A stretch of DNA of 64,000 nucleotides from an uncultured Desulfobacterales bacterium (GTDB lineage: Bacteria > Desulfobacterota > Desulfobacteria > Desulfobacterales > B30-G6): positions 46,137 to 110,136 of the forward strand of contig CAZWEO010000003.1 in the NCBI GenBank assembly GCA_964633115.1. The letters run 5' to 3'. Made by a program: the position numbers and the translations under genes. Below, one piece after another: positions 35,236 through 45,473 of the stretch (the first letter of the stretch is position 1; each line of letters begins with the position of its first letter). The notes under the pieces were generated by a model. It was not told the origin of the DNA, ran no database searches, and was given only the letters and a program-made list of their open reading frames with translations.

Positions 35236-36819
35236 ATGACAAAATCAGCAGATAAAACCAGCACGGAGCACGATAAACTGCAGACATCGCTCGAACGTTG
35301 CCAAGCCATTTTGGACGGGATTTTCAGAACCGCTCCCTACGGAATCGGGCTGGTTTCGAATCAGGTTATCCAAAAGGTCAATTCGAGATTATGCGACATG
35401 GTCGGCTACCAGGCCGATGAGCTTACGGAACAGCATATTAATATTCTGTATCCGAGTGCGGATGAACTTAGGCGGGTCAATGCTGAAATGGCCATGCAGC
35501 GGAAACAAAAAGGCTCGGGAACCGTCGAAACCCAATGGCAAAATCAGAGCGGTGATATCATCAACGTGCGCTTAAACTGGATTAAGATTGATTTGGCGGA
35601 TACCTCCCTGGAAGTGTGCACAGCATTGGACATAACGGTCCAAAAACGGGCTGAAAAAGAACACCGCGACTTGGAACGCATGCTGCAGCAAGCCCAGAAA
35701 ATGGAAGCCATAGGCACTCTTGCGGGGGGCATTGCCCATGATTTCAACAATATTCTTTCACCCATTCTTATCCAAACTGAAATGGCTCTTTTGGATCTGC
35801 CCGATGACAGTTTGATACGTCTGAATCTAGAGGACGTGCTGGATGCTGGCAATCGTGCTCGAGACTTGGTCCGGCAAATCCTGGCTTTCAGCCGGCAAGG
35901 CGAAGAGGAACGAACGGCTTTTAAAGTCAGTTCTTTGGTGAAAGACGCACTCAAGCTGCTGCGGGCTACGCTTCCGACCACGATAGAAATAAAACAAGAT
36001 ATTGAGGCTGATTCAGCATTGGTTTTGGCCGATGCTACCCAAATCCACCAGGTCTTGATGAATTTGTGCACCAATGCGTCGCAGGCCATGCAGGCCAAAG
36101 GCGGTGTGCTCGAAGTAGGTTTGGAGCATGTGGATCTCAACCCGACGGCGGCAGCGGCCATTCCGGACTTGGAACCCGGATCCTATCTGCAACTCAGGGT
36201 AAGTGATACGGGTGAAGGCATGGACCACACTACCCAGGAACGGATTTTTGATCCCTATTTTACCACTAAAGAAAAAATCGGTGGAACCGGTATGGGACTA
36301 TCCGTTGTTCACGGCATTATTCGGAGTTATGAAGGGGCCATCACGTTCGAAAGTATACTGGGTAAAGGCACAACGTTCTGGGTCTATCTGCCATCCCTGG
36401 AACGGGAGAGTCCCATGAAATCCATCGAGACGGAACCACTGCCCACAGGCCATGAAAGAATTCTACTGGTGGATGATGAAAAAGCCATCATCGATGCCAT
36501 TCAACAGATGTTGGAACGATTGGGCTACCAGGTGGTGGCCAGAACAAGCAGTGTGGAAGCCCTGGAAGTATTCCGATCGCAACCAGACAGTTTTGATCTG
36601 CTGCTCACGGATCAAACCATGCAAGGTATGACCGGTGAAGCTCTGGCCAAAAAAGTCATGGCCATTCGATCAGATATTCCCATTGTTTTATGCACCGGTT
36701 TTAGTCATAACATTAATGAGGAAAAAGCCAAATCCATGGGTATTCGCGAATTTATCATGAAACCAGTATTGGTGCGCGAAATGGCCGCGATACTACGTCG
36801 GTTGTTGGATGAAAAATAG
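35236..36819 (+). CDS. PAS-containing hybrid sensor histidine kinase (HisKA-HATPase-REC)
   Basis: H-box GIAHDFNNILSPI, N-box VLMNLCTNASQA, G-boxes DTGEGM / GGTGMGLSVV, receiver ILLVDDE...LLLTDQTMQGMTG. Confidence 0.9.
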   Translation: MTKSADKTSTEHDKLQTSLERCQAILDGIFRTAPYGIGLVSNQVIQKVNSRLCDMVGYQADELTEQHINILYPSADELRRVNAEMAMQRKQKGSGTVETQWQNQSGDIINVRLNWIKIDLADTSLEVCTALDITVQKRAEKEHRDLERMLQQAQKMEAIGTLAGGIAHDFNNILSPILIQTEMALLDLPDDSLIRLNLEDVLDAGNRARDLVRQILAFSRQGEEERTAFKVSSLVKDALKLLRATLPTTIEIKQDIEADSALVLADATQIHQVLMNLCTNASQAMQAKGGVLEVGLEHVDLNPTAAAAIPDLEPGSYLQLRVSDTGEGMDHTTQERIFDPYFTTKEKIGGTGMGLSVVHGIIRSYEGAITFESILGKGTTFWVYLPSLERESPMKSIETEPLPTGHERILLVDDEKAIIDAIQQMLERLGYQVVARTSSVEALEVFRSQPDSFDLLLTDQTMQGMTGEALAKKVMAIRSDIPIVLCTGFSHNINEEKAKSMGIREFIMKPVLVREMAAILRRLLDEK

Positions 36820-37158
36820 ATGCCCGTGTTAAAAGGACCCGGCACTGATTTCTCCTTCATATGGATTTATTTTTCAGCAAATTATAAAAACTCCGACTTG
36901 GTGCAGAATACCAAGTTTTCCAGCCTGGATTAAATCCGTCAGTTTACCACCACCGCCGTCAGCATTTTGACTCCCGTTAAGCGTTGTTTTTAAAACAGTC
37001 AATTAAAAAATCTCTTGCCTCATATTTTGCTCCCCCGCCGCTTCCCGTCAATATGAATACGGGTTTCAGCAGGTTAGGGCGATCGGTTTTGCACCTGTTT
37101 AATCCACATCTATTGCTTCTGGCCTTAGAATTCATATTACTGGATTCTTCCGGCCGAT

Positions 37159-37174
37159 TGGCACAAAACTTGCT
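37159..37174 (+). promoter_or_regulatory. Sigma-54 (-24/-12) promoter for prkA operon
   Basis: TGGCAC-aaaac-TTGCT, full match to consensus core; about 100 nt upstream of ATG 37276. Confidence 0.8.
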
Positions 37175-37275
37175 CATTAGTATAACTAAAAGTTTGAAAT
37201 CGACCATAATGAACCATAATGCCCGTCAAAGCCATTATGAGAATGCTTCGCAGGGACTACGCGAGGGGGGGAAAC

Positions 37276-39342
37276 ATGGAAACACACAATACATCAACAT
37301 TGTCATACCACCTTGAACAGGTCAAGCAAGGGCACCGATGCTTCGAAAATGCATTTCAATCGGTGGCACGCATGATCCTGGAAAATGGTGAGAGTCTCGA
37401 AAAAATGATTATTCACGGCAAGGGGACCTATGATTTTAAAATCTTTAGGCAAGGCCCCAAGCACGTCATCGGCATGCATAATGAGATCAATAGTTTTGTT
37501 TCCTATGTCAAAGATGCCGCCCAGGGCGGATCGTCCCGGGAGATGGCTTTCGTACTCGTGGGTGAGCCCGGAAATGGTAAAACATTTTTTGTTGACTTTC
37601 TTTGTAAGTGCTACCGGGATTTTGAAGCCCAAGATGAAAACCGCCGTTACACTTTCTGTTTTAAGCATCTAGACAAGCTGGGATCTTATGGAAAAATCCA
37701 ATCCATTCAATCCCAGACATTCGAAGATCCCATGATTTTGGCCATGAACCTATTACCGTCGCAGAAAGCGAACAAGCCCAATCTGGCCCAATATGGTGGA
37801 TTTTCAGATGAACAAATTGAAGATTTATATCTGAATTACCGGCCCCTGGGTGCTTGCAGCGATTATATCCTAAACGAAATCCGCAACCAGACCCATGAAA
37901 ATGTGGAAGAAATGATGGATTTTTTTGAGGTGATACCGGTTCCCTTGAGTGAAAGCTTGGGGACTGTCACGGGCAAGTATTCGGCCAAAGACAAAATTAC
38001 TTCCTCGGCCGTGGATCTATTGGGAGAAGAATCGATTCAACGACTGCTCCATATTGCCGATCCGAACAATCCCTATCGATTTGATTTGCGCAGAGGGGCC
38101 TTGGCGCGTGTGGCCGGCGGTGGTATTCATTTCAGTGATGAGATTTTCAAGAATAAAAAAGACCTGGTGCAAGTGTATCTAGGCGTTATCCAGAATCGCA
38201 ATATCGAAATCGATGGGTTCCGCTGGCCCATTGATACTCTGATTGTGGCCACCAGCAACAACGCAGAATTCAACCGCTTTTTGGCCGAAAAGGAGGAGGC
38301 GCCCATCGTCGATCGGTGCCGAATCTGTTATGTATCCCACAATACCGATTACCACTTGCAAACCCAGTTGACAGACTATGCTATCGGAAAAGATGCCAAG
38401 ACAACCCTCACCAAGGAGGACTTACATCAGGATCCCAATCTCAACTATGCGTCATCTGTGGGTATTGTCCTTACTCGGTTGCCACGCTCTGACAAATTGA
38501 CACCCGTAGAAACCATGAAACTAGCAGCCGGTGAAGTCGCCGGAGAGAAAAGTATCAAAACATTGGCCGAGGTGATCGATATGCTCAATCAAGAACCCGA
38601 TATTACCAAACGCTTCGGTCAAAAGGGCCTGGGACAACGCGATCTGGGTAGAGCGATTCAACTGATGGTGGAAACCTCTGAAACCAATGAAGGCCAATGC
38701 ATGTATGCCGAGGATGTTTTTAAGACCATGGAGCGCGTTACGCTTGACTATGTTACCGAGGCCAACGATCGGGTCAAATTCATGGAGGATCTCAAAATCG
38801 CCAAAGGGCTGTACCGCGAGCGCGTAATGACGGAAATGTTCAATGCCTACATGGACGAACCGCATGCCATTAGGAAGGATGTCATGAGCTATGTAAACAT
38901 GATTATCGGTATGGACGCTGAAAATTTGGGACCCGACAAAATGTGGAAATATAAAGACCCCCAAACCGGTGAATTGCGAGCACTTAAAATTGATGAGAAA
39001 TTTATCCAGAGTGTCGAAGAGCGCCTGGGTCTCAAAACCGCAGAGCAGTGTGAGACCTTCCGGACTTCGTTACGTAAGATATATGGCCAAAAAATATCCG
39101 TGGAGCCAGATTACGATTTCATGGATAACATCGAACTAGTCAAAGCGGTCACCGATGTCCGTTTGAAATCGGATATCGCCGGTGCCGGCAGCCTGATCGG
39201 CGCGCTGGCTAACCGGACCAACGATGAAAACCAAAAATTATATGACCGAATGATTGATACCATGATGAATAAGCTTGGATACTGCAATACCTGTTCCCAA
39301 AAAACCATCGAATACTTTTGTACCCAGAACGATGAGAATTGA
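37276..39342 (+). CDS. prkA: PrkA/YeaG-family AAA+ serine protein kinase
   Basis: Walker A VGEPGNGKTFF, GGIHFSDEIFKNKKDLVQVYLGVIQ, PIVDRCRICYVSHN; ATG 37276 after gaggggggg RBS. Confidence 0.85.
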   Translation: METHNTSTLSYHLEQVKQGHRCFENAFQSVARMILENGESLEKMIIHGKGTYDFKIFRQGPKHVIGMHNEINSFVSYVKDAAQGGSSREMAFVLVGEPGNGKTFFVDFLCKCYRDFEAQDENRRYTFCFKHLDKLGSYGKIQSIQSQTFEDPMILAMNLLPSQKANKPNLAQYGGFSDEQIEDLYLNYRPLGACSDYILNEIRNQTHENVEEMMDFFEVIPVPLSESLGTVTGKYSAKDKITSSAVDLLGEESIQRLLHIADPNNPYRFDLRRGALARVAGGGIHFSDEIFKNKKDLVQVYLGVIQNRNIEIDGFRWPIDTLIVATSNNAEFNRFLAEKEEAPIVDRCRICYVSHNTDYHLQTQLTDYAIGKDAKTTLTKEDLHQDPNLNYASSVGIVLTRLPRSDKLTPVETMKLAAGEVAGEKSIKTLAEVIDMLNQEPDITKRFGQKGLGQRDLGRAIQLMVETSETNEGQCMYAEDVFKTMERVTLDYVTEANDRVKFMEDLKIAKGLYRERVMTEMFNAYMDEPHAIRKDVMSYVNMIIGMDAENLGPDKMWKYKDPQTGELRALKIDEKFIQSVEERLGLKTAEQCETFRTSLRKIYGQKISVEPDYDFMDNIELVKAVTDVRLKSDIAGAGSLIGALANRTNDENQKLYDRMIDTMMNKLGYCNTCSQKTIEYFCTQNDEN

Positions 39343-39350
39343 AAATAGGC

Positions 39351-40697
39351 ATGGATACCAAACCCAACATAGCACAAAATCAAGCCCAGGAGATAGTAGG
39401 TGCCGTGCATGCACCGTTTGAATCGGTCCGGCCACCAAAGCAATCAGGCAAGCAGACATCGGTTGGGCCCGGATCTGTATATGCCAGCAACGATCAAGGG
39501 GTAATGCAATCTTTGGGACCGATCAAGGCCACACCGGTGCAGCAGCTCAAATCCATTGATGAGTTGTTGCAAAGGGATGCCCGCCGCCAGGACGACGGTT
39601 TTCCCAAAAAGATAAAGATCGGCAGGTTGATCCGCCCGTCACGGGGCGGTAAAGAGAAAATCGTGGTTGTACCCAACACGGTGGAAGAGAAGTTTTATCA
39701 TGACAATCGACCCCAGAATTCGGCTGAAGAAAGGCGTGGCAGTGGCTCCGGGGAAGGTGAGGAAGGTGAGGTGATCGGTGAGGAACCCCAGGATATCGGT
39801 CAAGGACCGGGTCAGGGTGGGTCTGGTCAGGGTCAAGGGGAGAGCCACGAGATCGAATCGAATGCTTATGATCTTGGTAAAATCTTGACCGAGAAATTTG
39901 AGTTGCCGAATTTGAAAGACAAGGGTAAAAAGGCCGCCTTAAAACGTTATGTTTATGACCTCACCGACCGGCATAAAGGCGGTGGGCAGATTCTGGATAA
40001 AAAAGCCACGCTGAAAAAAATCATCGACACCAACCTCAACCTAAACCATATCCCGGATGTCGATAAACTGGATCCGGCTGATTTGCTGGTTTCGCCGGCG
40101 GACATGATCTATCGCATTCTATCCAAAGAAAAAGAATATGAATCCCAGGCGATGGTTTTTTTTGTGCGGGACTATTCCGGATCGATGACGGGCAAACCCA
40201 CTGAAACCGTAGCTACACAACACGTATTCCTCTATAGCTGGCTGTTATATCAGTATGAGCACATGGTGGAAACGCGTTTCATCTTACATGATACCGAGGC
40301 CCAAGAGGTTGCAGATTTCTACACTTATTACAATTCCATGGTTGCGGGTGGCACCAAAGTCGGTTCGGCCTTTAAGCTGGTCAATGAAATTGTGACATCT
40401 GAAAACCTGGCGCGTGACTATAATATCTATATTTTCTATGGCACCGATGGTGATGATTGGGATAACGAAGGCAAGGAAACCATTCCAGAACTGCAGAAGC
40501 TTTTAGCAGTCTGCAATCGAATTGGCCTGACTGTAGTGAGTAATGCCAGTGGGAATTCAACTAAAACAACGGTTGAGAAGTATGTCCTGGCCAGCAATCT
40601 CCTGCGGGATCACCCCGATTTGATACGCTTGGATGCCATGACGATTGATGCCGATGAAAACCGACTGATTGAAGGGATCAAAAGCCTGATATCATAA
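39351..40697 (+). CDS. DUF444 / YeaH-YhbH family protein (vWA-like)
   Basis: G/E/Q-rich low-complexity linker, MVFFVRDYSGSMTG metal-site-like motif, IFYGTDGDDWD; follows prkA (TTG 39339 alternative start). Confidence 0.8.
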   Translation: MDTKPNIAQNQAQEIVGAVHAPFESVRPPKQSGKQTSVGPGSVYASNDQGVMQSLGPIKATPVQQLKSIDELLQRDARRQDDGFPKKIKIGRLIRPSRGGKEKIVVVPNTVEEKFYHDNRPQNSAEERRGSGSGEGEEGEVIGEEPQDIGQGPGQGGSGQGQGESHEIESNAYDLGKILTEKFELPNLKDKGKKAALKRYVYDLTDRHKGGGQILDKKATLKKIIDTNLNLNHIPDVDKLDPADLLVSPADMIYRILSKEKEYESQAMVFFVRDYSGSMTGKPTETVATQHVFLYSWLLYQYEHMVETRFILHDTEAQEVADFYTYYNSMVAGGTKVGSAFKLVNEIVTSENLARDYNIYIFYGTDGDDWDNEGKETIPELQKLLAVCNRIGLTVVSNASGNSTKTTVEKYVLASNLLRDHPDLIRLDAMTIDADENRLIEGIKSLIS

Positions 40698-40708
40698 AAA
40701 GATTTCTT

Positions 40709-42367
40709 ATGGAACTTATAAATCAACATACGAAACAGATCATGGAGGGTTGCAAAGAACGGGCCCGTCAGGCTGGATTATGCTTTCAGGACGAGAGCCT
40801 GGAATATATCGTTACCAACAAGGATCTTCTGGAATTGGGTCCTAAAAATATGATTCCAACCTTGTATGATTATTGGGTCCATGACGTCGAAGTTCTCAAG
40901 GAACTAGGTAAATACGAACTGTATCCGCACAATCCTTATGAGACGGTCATCAACACGCGACCACCCATTTCTTTTTATAATGATAATAATCCGGATTGGC
41001 TCAATGTCATGATATTTTATCATGTACTGGCCCACATCGATTTTTTTCAAAACAACATGATGTACCGGCATACCTGGAACGAGGATTTCACTGGTCGCGC
41101 ATTGTCCGATAAACGTTTTGTTGCCATGCTCCGTTCTGAAAAAGGGCGCTGGGTCGATTATGTCATCGAATTTGTACGTGGTATCGATAACCTGGTGGGA
41201 TTTTATCCAGAACTTTCCGATTTGAGCCGAACTTCACAGACTCAAACCACAAAGCGGATTGATTACTATTTTGATGTATTTTTACAAGGCATAAAAAAAG
41301 TTAAACAACATGAATATTTAAAAGAAATAGAACGTTATAACCAAGTGCAGCAGCAATTTGATGAACTGGTAGCCGAATCCATATTCTTTTCCAAGGTAAG
41401 TCAACAATATCCTGAATTTGAAAGCCTGTATAAAAAGCATAACCAGAAGCATGCGAAAAGCAGCAAGGATTTAATCGAATATATTCAAAATCACTCGCCA
41501 TTCTTAGCTCAGGATGAGAATAAGTGGATGCAATCCATTCTCCAGATTATTCGCAATACCTCGCTCTATTTTCAACCCCAAATTCGGACAAAAATTCTCA
41601 ACGAAGGCTGGGCCAGCTACTGGCATGAAAAATTATTTCTGGAAGATGACCGCATCAAGGGGCATGAAGTCGATTTCGCGCGTGTCAACGCCAAGGTGAC
41701 AGCCCTACCGCGGGTGGGTTTAAATCCATATGCATTGGGGATGCGCCTATTTGGCCATGTTGAAAGTGGGGCCAACAAAGGCCGGCATTCATATGATTTT
41801 GAAAGACTCAGCAATGTCGAGGAACGTAAAAAATTTGATCAGCAAACCGGCAGCGGTCAAAAGGCAATTTTTGATGTCCGTGAAAATTACAGCGACTTCA
41901 TGTTCATTAATACTTTTGTGGACCAGGATTTTGTTGATGCATACAAATTATTCGTGTCGGAAAAGCGCTTAAACGAGCATAAAGGTGTTTGGGAGTATAC
42001 CATTAAAAGTAGGAAGACCCGCGACTACAAACAGATGCTTCTGGATACGCTCTACCATCCGCCGTTAATCGAAATCAGATCCGAAAAAACCAACCCAGAT
42101 TGCGTATATTTAGACCATCGTTTTGAAGGTAAACCATTGGTAAACGCGTTTATCGCCAACACCATGCTGGGTATATCCTTCTTGTGGGGCGGGGCTGTAA
42201 AATTAGAAACAACCGAACTGGCCGAAAAACCGACCGCAACCCAAGCGCCCATCAGCTACCAGGGTCTCTATGGAATTCCACAACCGAAACCACCCAAGTC
42301 GGAGCCGCAGTACCAGCGTGTAGTTTATACGATGCAAGACAAAAAGCTATCCAAAGATATCCTATGA
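40709..42367 (+). CDS. spoVR: SpoVR/YcgB family protein
   Basis: 552 aa; FYHVLAHIDFFQNN, NEGWASYWHEKLF signatures recalled from SpoVR family; third gene of prkA-DUF444-spoVR triad. Confidence 0.85.
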   Translation: MELINQHTKQIMEGCKERARQAGLCFQDESLEYIVTNKDLLELGPKNMIPTLYDYWVHDVEVLKELGKYELYPHNPYETVINTRPPISFYNDNNPDWLNVMIFYHVLAHIDFFQNNMMYRHTWNEDFTGRALSDKRFVAMLRSEKGRWVDYVIEFVRGIDNLVGFYPELSDLSRTSQTQTTKRIDYYFDVFLQGIKKVKQHEYLKEIERYNQVQQQFDELVAESIFFSKVSQQYPEFESLYKKHNQKHAKSSKDLIEYIQNHSPFLAQDENKWMQSILQIIRNTSLYFQPQIRTKILNEGWASYWHEKLFLEDDRIKGHEVDFARVNAKVTALPRVGLNPYALGMRLFGHVESGANKGRHSYDFERLSNVEERKKFDQQTGSGQKAIFDVRENYSDFMFINTFVDQDFVDAYKLFVSEKRLNEHKGVWEYTIKSRKTRDYKQMLLDTLYHPPLIEIRSEKTNPDCVYLDHRFEGKPLVNAFIANTMLGISFLWGGAVKLETTELAEKPTATQAPISYQGLYGIPQPKPPKSEPQYQRVVYTMQDKKLSKDIL

Positions 42368-44673
42368 ATTATTCAAATCCCATAAAGACATTTGATACGG
42401 CCATTTCCGATTTATATGTGAATATACAGGAACAAAAGCTGGGTTCGCCAATTTCCTTCAACGCGTTCATGAAATTTGCGGCCGAGAGACCCAACCAGGT
42501 ATTTCGAAACATTTTTCAAATGTTTTACGATATGATCTATCAATATGTAGGCGCTGGCTATGACGAGTATCCCGGTGATCCCGAGTCGATTAACTATGTG
42601 TTCTATGATTGCAGTCCGCTGTTTGAGGAGGGTGCCGATCATCCTTTCTTTGCTGATCGATTGTTTGCCAACCGCTTGATCAATCACGTGGCTTCTTTTA
42701 AGCGGGGAATTCAACAAAACCGAATTTATATTTTTGAAGGACCCCATGGATGCGGGAAAAGCACTTTTCTAAATAACCTCCTAATGAAGTTTGAGCAATA
42801 TACCAAATCGGATGCGGGCGCTGCCTATGAAACTGTCTGGCGACTGAACACCAAAGAGCTTGGCGCCTTCCCAGGACATGAGGCCGAAATTATTCTGGCC
42901 CAATTGCAGAGTCTGGTGGATCGGAAAGCATCCCGAGCTAAAGACCATGACTGTAGCAAGATCCTAGGTTTTGCCCAAAAAGAGCAACTGGAGATTCCCT
43001 GTCCCAGCCATGACAATCCGCTACTTTTGATTCCGAAAGTTTACCGGCGCGAGCTATTGGATGATTTGATTCAGGATGATGAATTCAAGGACCGGCTTTT
43101 CAACGAAAAGCAGTATGAGTGGGTATTTAAAAACAATGCCTGCACCATCTGCACATCCCTGTACCAGACATTTCTGGACGCGTTCGAGTCCCCCGCTAAA
43201 GTCTTTGATATGGTTTTTGCCAGACGATATCAGTTCGACCGGCGGTTGGGCGCGGGTATCAGTGTTTTCAATCCAGGCGATAGAAGCGCCAAATCAAATG
43301 TCATGACCAATCAACTGCTTCAAAATCATTTAAACAGCTTGCTCAAGGACAGCAATAAGGTCAGATACATTTTCTCACGTTTTGCCAAAACCAATAACGG
43401 TATTTACGCGCTGATGGATATCAAGGCTCACAATAAGGAGCGTTTTGCAAACTTGCATGGAATCATCAGCGAGGGGGTTCATAAGGTGGAAGACATTGAA
43501 GAAAATGTCAACTCGCTGTTTCTGGCCTTGATGAATCCCGAAGACCAGGACAACATCACCGGTACCCAATCATTTTCGGATCGGATTATCTATATAAAAA
43601 TACCGTATGTGCTCGATTATAATACCGAAGCAAAAATATACAAAAACGTGTTCGGTGGCCGCATCGAAAATAGTTTTTTACCCCGAGTCCTTCAGAATTT
43701 TGCCAAGGTGATTATTTCGTCCAGGTTGAATATCAAATCGGACAGTTTGCTGGAGTGGATCGAAAAACCGGAAAAGTATGCCGTCTACTGTGACAAAAAT
43801 CTACAGCTTTTAAAAATGGATATTTATGCCGGCCATATCCCCACCTGGTTGTCAGAGGAGGACCATAAACGGTTCACGGCCAAAAGGCGGCGCACCCTGA
43901 TCGCCGAATCGGAGTTCGAGGGCGATCATGGTTTTTCAGGCAGAGATTCTATAAAAATTTTTAATGAGTTCTATTCGACCTATGCCGGACAGGAAAAATT
44001 GATAACCATGGAGATGGTTTGTCAATTTTTTAAGAAACAGAACGGTCAGTTGGCCAAATCATTGCCCGATGAATTCATGGATTCACTGGTCAAGTGTTAC
44101 AATTATACTGTGCTGCAAGAGGTCAAGGAATCCCTTTACAATTATAATGAAGATCGCATCTCCCGCGACATTCAAAATTATCTTTTTGCGATTAATTTTG
44201 AAACAGATACGGTGAAAGAATGCGTGTACACGGGTGAAGTGCTCGTCATTTCAGAAGACTACTACACCGATATCGAAATTAGGCTGCTGGGATCAGATTC
44301 TAATGCGGCCCAACGTAAAGCTTTCCGACGGGAAATGCAAAAACAGTACGCTTGCAAAACACTCACTCAGGAGATTCTAGTTGACGGCAAGACCCTCCAG
44401 GAAACCGAAGCCTTTAAAAGTTTACATGAGCGCTATGTCCATAATCTAAAGGAAAAGGTTATGGATCCCTTCCTGGAAAATGAGAACTTTCGCAGAGCCA
44501 TCAAGGATTACGCCACCGAAGCATTCCGTACCTATGATCGACGCATCCGCGAAGAACTCGAATTTCTGATGCTAAACTTAAAAGATCGATATGGATATAC
44601 CCAGAAGGGGGCCAAAGAAGTATGCATGTATGTGGTGGACAATGATTTGGCTAAAACGTTTGCAGCTAGTTAA
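42364..44673 (+). CDS. Second, divergent PrkA-like AAA+ protein
   Basis: Walker A FEGPHGCGKSTFLNNL; GIYALMDIKAHNKERFANLHGIISEG and SDRIIYIKIPYVLDYNTEAKIYKNVF match PrkA-core pattern; ATGA overlap with spoVR stop (ORF-track start 42184 lies inside spoVR). Confidence 0.7.
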   Translation: MNYSNPIKTFDTAISDLYVNIQEQKLGSPISFNAFMKFAAERPNQVFRNIFQMFYDMIYQYVGAGYDEYPGDPESINYVFYDCSPLFEEGADHPFFADRLFANRLINHVASFKRGIQQNRIYIFEGPHGCGKSTFLNNLLMKFEQYTKSDAGAAYETVWRLNTKELGAFPGHEAEIILAQLQSLVDRKASRAKDHDCSKILGFAQKEQLEIPCPSHDNPLLLIPKVYRRELLDDLIQDDEFKDRLFNEKQYEWVFKNNACTICTSLYQTFLDAFESPAKVFDMVFARRYQFDRRLGAGISVFNPGDRSAKSNVMTNQLLQNHLNSLLKDSNKVRYIFSRFAKTNNGIYALMDIKAHNKERFANLHGIISEGVHKVEDIEENVNSLFLALMNPEDQDNITGTQSFSDRIIYIKIPYVLDYNTEAKIYKNVFGGRIENSFLPRVLQNFAKVIISSRLNIKSDSLLEWIEKPEKYAVYCDKNLQLLKMDIYAGHIPTWLSEEDHKRFTAKRRRTLIAESEFEGDHGFSGRDSIKIFNEFYSTYAGQEKLITMEMVCQFFKKQNGQLAKSLPDEFMDSLVKCYNYTVLQEVKESLYNYNEDRISRDIQNYLFAINFETDTVKECVYTGEVLVISEDYYTDIEIRLLGSDSNAAQRKAFRREMQKQYACKTLTQEILVDGKTLQETEAFKSLHERYVHNLKEKVMDPFLENENFRRAIKDYATEAFRTYDRRIREELEFLMLNLKDRYGYTQKGAKEVCMYVVDNDLAKTFAAS

Positions 44674-44724
44674 CTCAAATTTCTGGACCAAAGCCGCTTA
44701 GGTTGTTGGGCATAAACGCATAGG

Positions 44725-44793
44725 AGCGACGATGCCTTTCGCCCTGCGGCGAAAGGTACGCGTTATCATAAAATCGTGGAACACGATTTTATT
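44725..44793. repeat. Modular multi-hairpin repeat, copy B (right half only)
   Basis: agcgacgatgcctttcgccctgcggcgaaaggtacgcgttatcataaaatcgtggaacacgattttatt, about 90% identical to 59132..59200; 3' end overlaps stop codon of the receiver gene. Confidence 0.8.
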
Positions 44794-45244
44794 CACTGAT
44801 ACTTTCGATGGCGTCGATGAGGGAAGGGTCATTTAAAAGTTTGCGGGCAAATTTGATATACTTGGAAACGATGGCTCGAACAGCCAACTGCAAGCTATAG
44901 AGCTTGACTGGCTTTTCGAGTAAATAGGTAATGTCGGCAGCGATACACATATTAACGACATCGTCACTAGCTTGCCCTGTAATGATGATGGCATCTTCGT
45001 AAGCCATCTGATATTTATCGGCAATGGCGTCCAGGAAACTAAAACCGGTTTGTTTTCCCATAAAAACGTCTAAAACAAATATGGCCACTCGCATTTCCTG
45101 GTTCAAGCAAAACTCCCTGGCTTCATCAACATCGGTAAATGAGTGGATTTCACCCCAGGTATAGAAAGTTTTAATGGCCATAGAAAGACTTTTGCAAACG
45201 ATGGGATCGTCGTCGACGATGATGATGTCTAATCCTCTTACCAT
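44789..45244 (-). CDS. Stand-alone response-regulator receiver protein
   Basis: IIIVDDDP, VLDVFMG (phospho-Asp), IIITG, EKP; ATG 45244 after aggggg RBS. Confidence 0.8.
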   Translation of the reverse strand: MVRGLDIIIVDDDPIVCKSLSMAIKTFYTWGEIHSFTDVDEAREFCLNQEMRVAIFVLDVFMGKQTGFSFLDAIADKYQMAYEDAIIITGQASDDVVNMCIAADITYLLEKPVKLYSLQLAVRAIVSKYIKFARKLLNDPSLIDAIESISE

Positions 45245-45373
45245 ATTACCCCCTATACGCGAAGATTCCACAACCCGGCAGTCCCATTTGCTGTAACACC
45301 GGGAGATATTTAAATTCGATCGAATATATCATAATCCCGTTTTGATGACAACATACCATCATTCATTTTTCAC

Positions 45374-45401
45374 TAAAGCTTTGTGCCAGGCATGCCGATA
45401 A
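45374..45401 (+). promoter_or_regulatory. Possible sigma-28-type promoter upstream of Rha-family gene
   Basis: TAAA-N16-GCCGATAA: perfect -10 but spacer one nt longer than consensus. Confidence 0.3.
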
Positions 45402-45473
45402 AAGAGGCAGGAATGATGCCTTTGACTAAGGAAACGCCGCCCAACTTCGGGCCCAGAATAAGGTGGATAGTAT

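Noticed and set aside
42184-42363. 60-codon N-terminal extension of the second PrkA-like gene
   Set aside because: It overlaps the conserved 3' end of spoVR in another frame and has Arg/Gly/Thr-rich junk composition. ATG 42364 gives a classic ATGA stop/start overlap.
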